Shown here: piece after piece, positions 57,259-63,749 of the stretch
How the letters are laid out: each line of letters begins with the position of its first letter
How positions within the stretch are numbered: the stretch's first letter is position 1
Origin: a virus
Lineage: Duplodnaviria; Caudoviricetes
IMG/VR virus record: IMGVR_UViG_3300030390_001703
Coordinates: 1-63,749 of that record
Length of the DNA: 63,749 bases
Strand: one strand, 5' to 3'
Translations under genes and position numbers: made by a program
Notes under the pieces: model-generated
What the model was told of the DNA's origin: nothing
What the model saw: the letters and a program-made list of their open reading frames with translations, nothing else
Databases searched by the model: none

Positions 57259-57401
57259 GCGCTCACCTTCTTGCACTTGAGGCATTGAGGGCCATGATCG
57301 GTGAACGAGGGTTCATCAATCCATAGAAGGGAAACGATGCGCCCGCAGTCTTCACAGGTTGGGGCTTTGGGGAGGTCTGTCGGCCATCCTTCGGGGTTCA
57401 T
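57255..57401 (-). CDS. Small Zn-finger protein (48 aa)
   Basis: CEDC and CLKC; bounded by two junction repeats. Confidence 0.6.
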   Translation of the reverse strand: MNPEGWPTDLPKAPTCEDCGRIVSLLWIDEPSFTDHGPQCLKCKKVSA

Positions 57402-57517
57402 GCGCTCACCTCTTGAGGTTCTTGCTCGTTCTCGGCTTCCCATTCGCTAATATCAAAGCCGTTCGCGTCGCAGAACATAACGAGAGATTGAAACAATTTT
57501 TCAAAATCTCTGTTCAT
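57398..57517 (-). CDS. 39-aa microprotein
   Basis: Manual translation MNRDFEKLFQSLVMFCDANGFDISEWEAENEQEPQEVSA; exactly spans two junction repeats. Confidence 0.6.
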   Translation of the reverse strand: MNRDFEKLFQSLVMFCDANGFDISEWEAENEQEPQEVSA

Positions 57518-57942
57518 GCGCTCACCTCGTCGGCGTGGTCTGCGCCACAGAAGGGGCAGAGCGTCGAGTGTTGCTCGGAGGTTTCTGCGACAAAGGCGGT
57601 TTGGTTGAGGACGGCAGGGGAAGCCCCTGGACAGGGCGTAAGCACCTTGTTTTCTGTCGCCGCTATGATGGCATCAATAGCGACAGCTGAAGGCCATAGA
57701 GCAACCCCTTCGGACAGCATGAAAAAGAACTCTTCGGGTTCCATGCGGTCGTGGGCCACATCAGCGATAGCCGACAAAGGATCGAACACATTCTCGATGG
57801 GGGAGAATGCATCGTAAGAATCGAGAATCTCTCGAAGCACCCACACAAACGGAGGGGCGTTTTCTTCGCAGGATTCCAGGGCGGCGTTGTGTAGGTCTTG
57901 GTGGTATTCCTCGACTTGAAGTTCAATGTGTTGGGGGTGCAT
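57514..57942 (-). CDS. Acidic hypothetical protein
   Basis: CPFCGADH near end; ends EVSA. Confidence 0.65.
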   Translation of the reverse strand: MHPQHIELQVEEYHQDLHNAALESCEENAPPFVWVLREILDSYDAFSPIENVFDPLSAIADVAHDRMEPEEFFFMLSEGVALWPSAVAIDAIIAATENKVLTPCPGASPAVLNQTAFVAETSEQHSTLCPFCGADHADEVSA

Positions 57943-58308
57943 TCAAACCAACCCCGCTTTGAGAACTGCGAGAACTTCACGGCTTCGTCGGCCATCGTCG
58001 CCAGTGACAATATCAACGGCTTCACGGATTTGTGCGAGGGTGAAAGTCTTGGCTGTTTTTGGCTTGGTTGCGCTGGCCTTGTTTTGAGTCGGCGTTGATC
58101 CTTCTTCAAGGATGGTTACGAAGCGGTCGTCCTTTGGGACAGTCCAGACAGTGCCTACGGCGTGGGCCTTGCGACTGCCTCGCACTTCTGTTTGCTCAAT
58201 CTTCAACTTCTTGGGGTTGACCTTAACGATCTTGCCCACTGTTTTTTCTCCATTTGGTCGCCCAAATGAAACGCTCATTCCTATTTTGTATTCTTGCATT
58301 TTTTTCAT
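57943..58308 (-). CDS. SH3/KOW-like small beta-barrel protein
   Basis: YKIGMSVSFG...GKIVKVNPK pattern; ACAGGAG RBS. Confidence 0.65.
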   Translation of the reverse strand: MKKMQEYKIGMSVSFGRPNGEKTVGKIVKVNPKKLKIEQTEVRGSRKAHAVGTVWTVPKDDRFVTILEEGSTPTQNKASATKPKTAKTFTLAQIREAVDIVTGDDGRRSREVLAVLKAGLV

Positions 58309-58517
58309 CTCCTGTGTTTTTTGGTCGGGTGTTATTCTGTCCTATCACTATGTACTATATCAAGGCTTCTTTTTTATTGGTTCTTTTTTGGTCTGGTTTT
58401 TTGGGGGTTCGGTTCCTGGTCAGCTATTTTTAGCTGAAATTAGCTACGCGAGGGAAGCTCGAAAGAAAGTGCTTCAGCTCCTGGATTTTCCAGGCTTCGA
58501 CGTCGCAAGTACGTTGA

Positions 58518-58895
58518 TTATGCACCCCATGAAATGACGGTGGCAGCGGCGATTTGAACGGCTTGGTCGATCCACTCGACCGCTTCGGCCATGTTCTCAA
58601 AGTGCCAAGTCAATGCACCAGAGCAACCGTTTGAGCCACCAGTGAGGCCGAGAGCCTCCATTGAGGCCACTGCTGCCTCTGGCTCATCGGATGAGAGTTC
58701 ATCAACGAACACCTCAACGAAGTGAGGTTCAAGGGCTTCTGCGGGCGTTCTTGGTGCGCTTGCCCAACCTGCATGGCAGAGGGTGAACTCGACCGTTTCT
58801 GCGTGGGTGTGCTTCGGAACAATCATGCGAGTGATGAACGCCTCAAAGCCTCCACCGATCCGCTCACAGGTCATCCCTGCGGGTGCGTTCATCAA
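58518..58895 (-). CDS. Hypothetical protein
   Basis: Coupled to upstream stop. Confidence 0.65.
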   Translation of the reverse strand: MMNAPAGMTCERIGGGFEAFITRMIVPKHTHAETVEFTLCHAGWASAPRTPAEALEPHFVEVFVDELSSDEPEAAVASMEALGLTGGSNGCSGALTWHFENMAEAVEWIDQAVQIAAATVISWGA

Positions 58896-59545
58896 TAGCC
58901 CCCCTGCACATAGATTTCAACGGCTACACCGTCAAGGCCCAGAGCCTCGACCGCATCGCTGGCACTGTCGGCCTCGTCTGTGGTGGCATAGTGGGCGTAA
59001 ATGGTGCGGGAGTCACTGCACCCCTCCGCGCCTCCGTCTGTCTGCTCTTGGGTGCTTAGAGCGGCCATGATGAGGCCGTCAACAAAGTCGTGAAGTTCGG
59101 GGTGAAGTTGGGTCGGGTCGTATGTGACTTGAACCAAAGGATCAGCCAGCGGCTCAAGTTCCAACTCATCGGCAAGATTTGAAGCCGCTTGGTTGGCATC
59201 GGTCAAAATTGTTTGAACGCATGGTTCATGAATGAAATACTCATCCATGAGGTTCAAGGATCGAACTTCTTGAACAAATTGGCGGGCGGCTTCGTCGGTG
59301 TCAAATACGAAGGTGCGGGAGAAGTCGCCACTGCCTTCCATGAGAACGCTGAAGACTTGATGAGGTTGGATGGTTGCCGATTCTGCGAGGCTTTGGGCTT
59401 CGCTCGCCATCTGCCAAAAGTCTTCATTTGAAGTGTCCTCTGGAAATACATCTTCGAGAATGCTTTCGTGATAGTCGGGGGCGAGGCTTTCGCCCCATCC
59501 CAAAATACTCAAAGCACCTTGATGAATCAACGCATCTCGATTCAT
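58892..59545 (-). CDS. Highly acidic hypothetical protein
   Basis: 217 aa with very few Lys/Arg; ATGA overlap. Confidence 0.7.
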   Translation of the reverse strand: MNRDALIHQGALSILGWGESLAPDYHESILEDVFPEDTSNEDFWQMASEAQSLAESATIQPHQVFSVLMEGSGDFSRTFVFDTDEAARQFVQEVRSLNLMDEYFIHEPCVQTILTDANQAASNLADELELEPLADPLVQVTYDPTQLHPELHDFVDGLIMAALSTQEQTDGGAEGCSDSRTIYAHYATTDEADSASDAVEALGLDGVAVEIYVQGGY

Positions 59546-59922
59546 TCAACCACCGCCCAAAAGTCTTCAACTTCGTCGGCATAAATGAAGTCCGAGAATC
59601 CTTCAAGTGATGGGCTTTTCATGGCTTCGGGGTGGGTCACTATGATGAGTTCGGTCGGGTCGTTGTAGGTCAAGAATCCCCTTATTTCTGGCGTTCCGTC
59701 GTCGTCTGTGTGAGGATAGCACCGATACAGTACAGGCACAAAGTCCCGCACTGCTGCGGCTGAAACGGTGAAGGTTGATCCTGCACCCTCGCATTCATCA
59801 GCGGGGCAGTCTGCGAAGTGGTCGCCCTCGGTTGATTCCCAAGCGGCGCAGAAGTCGCCACATTCTGGGCAACGGACGAGAAGCGGGGCTTCTTCAATTG
59901 TGAGCAAATCAAAGGCACTCAT
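59542..59922 (-). CDS. Acidic Zn-ribbon protein
   Basis: CPEC...CPADEC. Confidence 0.65.
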   Translation of the reverse strand: MSAFDLLTIEEAPLLVRCPECGDFCAAWESTEGDHFADCPADECEGAGSTFTVSAAAVRDFVPVLYRCYPHTDDDGTPEIRGFLTYNDPTELIIVTHPEAMKSPSLEGFSDFIYADEVEDFWAVVE

Positions 59923-60341
59923 TCAAGCCACGCCCCAATTTCTCGGCCTTCTGGAACACCGCATTCAAACCAAATGCCGAACGCTTCTTCAAGGAGATTT
60001 GATGCGCCAAAGTGGAAGGTGTAGGGTTCCGAGCCGAACCAATCGCAATAAAAGAAAGTCCAAGTCTGGCCGTTGTCTTTGGTTTGGAACTCTGCGTGTG
60101 GGCCGCCAGTAGTGACAACGAACTTATGCCCCACTATCACTATAGGAGTGCTCCACTTCTCGCCGTTGCCGTCGTAGTGGATCGGTGCGGTCATGTCATC
60201 AACACACAGGCAGTCCGTGTTTATTGGCAGTTCCTCGGTGGTTCCGTCGCGGTACTCTTGCACCGCTTCTTCAAGCGATTCAAGCACCGCATCAAGGTAA
60301 AGTTCACCGGCTGGCTTCGTGGGTTCGGGTTGTCCGTCCAT
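59919..60341 (-). CDS. Acidic hypothetical protein
   Basis: GGAGGT RBS; TTGGPHA motif. Confidence 0.7.
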   Translation of the reverse strand: MDGQPEPTKPAGELYLDAVLESLEEAVQEYRDGTTEELPINTDCLCVDDMTAPIHYDGNGEKWSTPIVIVGHKFVVTTGGPHAEFQTKDNGQTWTFFYCDWFGSEPYTFHFGASNLLEEAFGIWFECGVPEGREIGAWLE

Positions 60342-60363
60342 GTACCTCCATTCACTACCTCCC

Positions 60364-60663
60364 TAATAAGGGGCTATGTAAGGAGAGGCCAAACGCTGCA
60401 CTGCGCCCCTGCCAGAAGGCTAAACGCATGACGTCGAGCCTGTTGATATTGAAAACCAGGGCTAAACGCTGCACTGCAAGCCTGTTGAAAATAAGGGCTA
60501 AATAAGGGACAAAATAAGGGAGTGGTAGGGTATGCACCCAAACAGCTAAACGGCCTTGTAGGGGTGTCCCTGGGTCCAGAAAGGGCAATTTCCTGTAATC
60601 GACGGGAGAGGGTACCCGAAGGTGGTAGGACCACCGACCCCTTCAAATCGCTTGTAGGGGTGT
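60364..60663. repeat. Non-coding cluster of short direct repeats
   Basis: AAACGCTGCACTGC x2, AGCCTGTTGA x2, AAATAAGGG x3, GTGGTAGG x2, CTTGTAGGGGTGT x2. Confidence 0.85.
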
Positions 60664-61307
60664 TCTAAGGCTCGGAAACGGCATAGTGCAAAATGCCCTC
60701 ATTGATCCTTTGCGCTGGCCCTTGAAATCTGTTGAAGCACCGCTTGAAATGAGCTTTTTGCTAAATGTCATTTGAAAAGGAATTAAATGAAAATCAAGGA
60801 GCTGAAGAAAACGGATCAAGTGATTTTTTTGCGCCGAGTACCAAATGATTAGTTGGTCACAAAATTAGACCAGGTACCAAAATGAAACCAAGTGAGAACG
60901 TCGCATTAGGTGTACTTTTTGCACCGAATTGAATCTCGAAGGAATCTCGAAGGAAATTGATGAAGGATCATGGTTCGGGGGTTTGGTGATTTTGAAGGGC
61001 TTTTCTTTTTTGGGGCATTTAGCTAAATCATGGCTCTTTTGCTCCTCCCGCGTAGCAGGGCCTGGATTTTCCTGGCGAGCAGGAAAAATCTCGAAGAAAA
61101 AAGCTGATGGCTTCGCCCACTTCAGCTCCGAGATTTCGGGGCTTCACGTCAAGCGGAGGCGGTTTATGGAGGATCAGCGGGCTTACAAATCAACCCCCAG
61201 ATTCCCAGCGAGCGCGAGCAGGGGCAGCAGTGGGGCCAAGATGAAGGCCAAGATTGGAAAGCAGAACGCGGGCATCCTGCAAGAGTAGCCGAAGCAGTGA
61301 ACTTCAA

Positions 61308-61949
61308 TCATGGGAACACCCACCGCAGGGATGAGCCGACTTCGCAGTGGAAGCAGTCGGCGCGTACTCCGTTGCCCTCACGCTCAAGTTCAACGCGGGT
61401 ACCACAAGCGGGACAATCAAGATCAGCCCAGCCTTCAAGGAGTTCTAAAATTGTGAACCCTTTGTTGTCAATGAGGTGGTGAATGTGGGCGGCGAAGAGT
61501 TCGTTTTCACAATCAAACACACCCTCTCCTTGCACCTCTTCGCCGAAGTTCGGCGCGAAGTTGGAACCACCCTGCCAAGTGGCGCAGGGGTCGCTCTCGG
61601 TCGCTTCGGGTTGGCTGTGCCAATCGCAGCAAGCGTCGGGGTTCTCTTCCCTCATGACGGCCATGACTTCCTCGCCGGTGGGTTGGTAGGATTCGCCAAA
61701 GTGCTTCAAGTGAACCTGCCAATCGTCGAGCATGAGTTCGTCGGTTGAAGGATCAGCGACGCCGAGAAGTTGGGTTTGAACCGTGATGCAATCACGACAG
61801 ACGACGCCGCCGTTGAACGCGTGGTGGTCGTCGAGATCACCAACACAGACCAAGCAGGAGGCAGGGCCAAAGGCGCGGCTGTCGTGGCTGTCCTCGCATC
61901 CGTTCCCGCATGGACAGTCGGGGGTGAAGTTGAACAGGTCGCCCATCAA
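61308..61949 (-). CDS. Acidic multi-Cys protein
   Basis: Several CxxC pairs; coupled to upstream stop. Confidence 0.7.
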   Translation of the reverse strand: MMGDLFNFTPDCPCGNGCEDSHDSRAFGPASCLVCVGDLDDHHAFNGGVVCRDCITVQTQLLGVADPSTDELMLDDWQVHLKHFGESYQPTGEEVMAVMREENPDACCDWHSQPEATESDPCATWQGGSNFAPNFGEEVQGEGVFDCENELFAAHIHHLIDNKGFTILELLEGWADLDCPACGTRVELEREGNGVRADCFHCEVGSSLRWVFP

Positions 61950-62329
61950 GCGTCAACTCCGCAGTCGTCGCAGGTTGCGCCTGTGAGGTTGTCCGAGAAG
62001 TTGAGGTGCTGGCATTCAGCCTTGCGTGCTTGGATGCACCAAACGCACTCGTCGGTGGCGTTGTCGATGAAGAGGTAGTTCGTGGCTTCTCCACAGGTAG
62101 CGCAGGCACAGGAACCGCCGAAGCGGAGTTCTTCGCTCATGGCTTGGAGGGCATCAATGCCGTCTTGGCACTCGTCGGCTGTGATGGTTCCTTCTTGGTG
62201 CTGGATCACCACGAAGGCGGCGGCGTGTCGCATGGTGGTGAGGAAGAAGTGGTTCTTGGCTTGGCTGTCACCTCCTGCAATCATGGCGGTCAATGGTCGG
62301 GCTTCGGGTCGGGCGATGTCGTCGGACAT
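61946..62329 (-). CDS. Hypothetical Zn-finger protein; first gene of the putative early region
   Basis: Start MSDDIA at 62329 after GGAGG; three CxxC pairs. Confidence 0.7.
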   Translation of the reverse strand: MSDDIARPEARPLTAMIAGGDSQAKNHFFLTTMRHAAAFVVIQHQEGTITADECQDGIDALQAMSEELRFGGSCACATCGEATNYLFIDNATDECVWCIQARKAECQHLNFSDNLTGATCDDCGVDA

Positions 62330-62738
62330 ATTCCCTCCTGCACTACTCCACACATAAAGCCGCCGCTGATTAGCCCCCGTGAGAGGGCCATTCCAGAATG
62401 CAGGGAACCGGCGCACTGTGGGCCTGTTGTTGTGCTGGGTGGGCCACCCTGCACACATCACCACCAACGCATAAAAACGTTGTAAAAAGGGCCATTTTTG
62501 AGTGCGCTGGCCCCTCTCAAAACCCAACCGTTCAACCAACTAAGAACGGCTTTTTTGTGGGCCAAAAAGGATCAACATTCAACCTCAAAATCTCCAAGAT
62601 CATGAAGAAATTAAGCAGAATGCCCTGGGGTTAAGTATATATAGGGGAGCTGCGGCCGCTTGACGTGCGCCGCCAAAAACACACGCAAAACCAGGTGAGC
62701 TTATCGCTTACCCTCTCGCAAAATCTTCAATAATTTTT

Positions 62739-62966
62739 TCAAGGATTTTTTAATTTCCATTTTTTTATCTGCGTTGTACCAGCAGGAGGTGATAATTTTT
62801 GAATCCTTCGATCCTGCTTGAGCATCGTAGTGACTTCCCTAACGCTCGGACAGTCTGTACCTACCCGATCAAACAGAATATCTTTAATGACGCTTGCATG
62901 AAGCGTCCCTCGTTCGTAAAGAATGTCGATGACGTGTTCCTTCCAGGTTTTTCTCGCCATCACCAA
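62739..62966 (-). CDS. Small winged-helix-like protein
   Basis: ILYERGTL...I...L....PS..EV..ML pattern; coupled to terL stop. Confidence 0.6.
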   Translation of the reverse strand: MVMARKTWKEHVIDILYERGTLHASVIKDILFDRVGTDCPSVREVTTMLKQDRRIQKLSPPAGTTQIKKWKLKNP

Positions 62967-63749
62967 AGCCCCACGAACTTTCCAGGCTTAGGTCGGCCAT
63001 TCGACCTACCAGCACCCTTAGAACCCCAGCTTGAGCCATCAGCCTTGCCAACGGCCACAGGATTCACTACGGAGTCCCTATGCGAGAAGCAGTCCACAGC
63101 ATGAGCTAATGCCATCACCATGTCGTTGTGCTTTCCAAGATCGACAATATCTCCACCTTTCCAGACGTGCGTTTCCAATTCCTCAAGCATCACGTCTATG
63201 ATCCTCCTGGTGTCATGGCTACCATACGGAAATACAATCTTGCCTTGCTCGAACCAGACCCTAAGCCGATTCAAAAGACCCTGCTTCAAGTGCTTGTTAG
63301 AAACCTTGCTCGGTCGGTAGTCAACCACAGCTCCGGTCTGTGAAATCAAGCTCTCGTACAAATGCTGAAAACCAGCAGATTCAGCCGAAAGTGTAGCATT
63401 CCCGTATATTTTGCATAATTCCACTAATTTTTCTGCTTGCTTCGCAGGTGGAAAATCGTTCCTTCTCCACAGATTTACGACGTGCAAAAAGCCTTGCTCG
63501 TCCTGTCGAACAATCATAGCCACCGAATAATCCTGCCCCAGACCATGTGCAGGGTCGAATCCGATAACATACCTGCCCCCATGATCCTTTGAGTAGGACA
63601 TGACCGCATCCATATCCAGGTTCTTTCGAGTGTGCGCTCTCGGATATGCTGCCGAGTCATCATCCATCACCTTACACAAATACTCTTGAGCAAAGGCCAA
63701 GTCGCCCATAGCTCCTTTCTGTTCCATGATGAAGGCCAAGCTCCTTTGC
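62960..63749 (-). CDS. terL: Terminase large subunit, C-terminal RNase H-like nuclease part
   Basis: FAQEY, IGFDPA, DYS, AES, HNDMVMALA motifs; continuous with 1-839. Confidence 0.9.
   Translation of the reverse strand, partial: QRSLAFIMEQKGAMGDLAFAQEYLCKVMDDDSAAYPRAHTRKNLDMDAVMSYSKDHGGRYVIGFDPAHGLGQDYSVAMIVRQDEQGFLHVVNLWRRNDFPPAKQAEKLVELCKIYGNATLSAESAGFQHLYESLISQTGAVVDYRPSKVSNKHLKQGLLNRLRVWFEQGKIVFPYGSHDTRRIIDVMLEELETHVWKGGDIVDLGKHNDMVMALAHAVDCFSHRDSVVNPVAVGKADGSSWGSKGAGRSNGRPKPGKFVGLW
63609..63749. repeat. Terminal overlap copy 2
   Basis: Matches 1-141. Confidence 0.95.

Larger units (their letters stand above)
55460..57530 (-). repeat. Five copies of gene-junction element GGTGAGCGCATGA (+ strand TCATGCGCTCACC at 55460, 56543, 57255, 57398, 57514)
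   Basis: Exact 13-bp matches; each combines RBS, stop and start. Confidence 0.9.

Noticed and set aside
60364-60663. CRISPR or mini-CRISPR array
   Set aside because: Repeats are 8-14 bp, of several kinds, without regular repeat-spacer periodicity.
60929-61288. 119-aa + strand ORF
   Set aside because: TTG start, opposite to all neighbours, overlaps a palindrome island.
63609-63749. 141-bp end repeat as a biological terminal repeat
   Set aside because: It lies mid-terL and its length matches a common assembler k-mer; better explained as assembly overlap.
1-63749. tRNA/rRNA genes, integrase, inteins, reverse transcriptase/DGR, stop-codon recoding
   Set aside because: No supporting motifs seen and genes translate full length in the standard code; tRNA absence is by eye only and needs a tRNAscan/Infernal run.

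Overview
The window is best read as an essentially complete, circularly assembled ~63.6 kb genome of a tailed dsDNA virus (HK97-type head, long non-contractile tail). Archaeal-type replication proteins, TATA-like promoters and GGTGA ribosome-binding sites point to an archaeal host, most plausibly Marine Group II/Poseidoniales (Magrovirus-like); that assignment is inference, not a database result. Bases 1-141 recur at 63609-63749 and the terminase large subunit runs across this join. The + strand (1562-28134) is the virion module: portal, protease/scaffold, capsid, fibre, tail tube, frameshifted tail chaperone, tape measure and a 2726-aa tail-tip protein. The - strand (28129-51075) is replication/modification: XPF nuclease, primase, PD-(D/E)xK nuclease, GroEL/GroES, three DNA methyltransferases, PolB, clamp, RecA-family ATPase, SSB, TGT/DpdA-like enzyme, RFC and MCM. 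An array of small putative early genes follows (51.4-62.3 kb). Main finding: PolB, a clamp-loader-like subunit, all three methyltransferases, the TGT-like enzyme and a PP-loop enzyme all end in the same (E/G)W(L/I)-stop motif written with different codons, suggesting a DNA-modification suite docked on the viral sliding clamp. Also notable: AGCT/palindrome-dense islands upstream of early promoters, identical 13-bp gene-junction repeats, a repeat-flanked fibre cassette and a synonymous-only mismatch cluster in the terminal overlap. No tRNA, rRNA, CRISPR array, integrase or intein was recognised. All calls are by-eye motif recognition.
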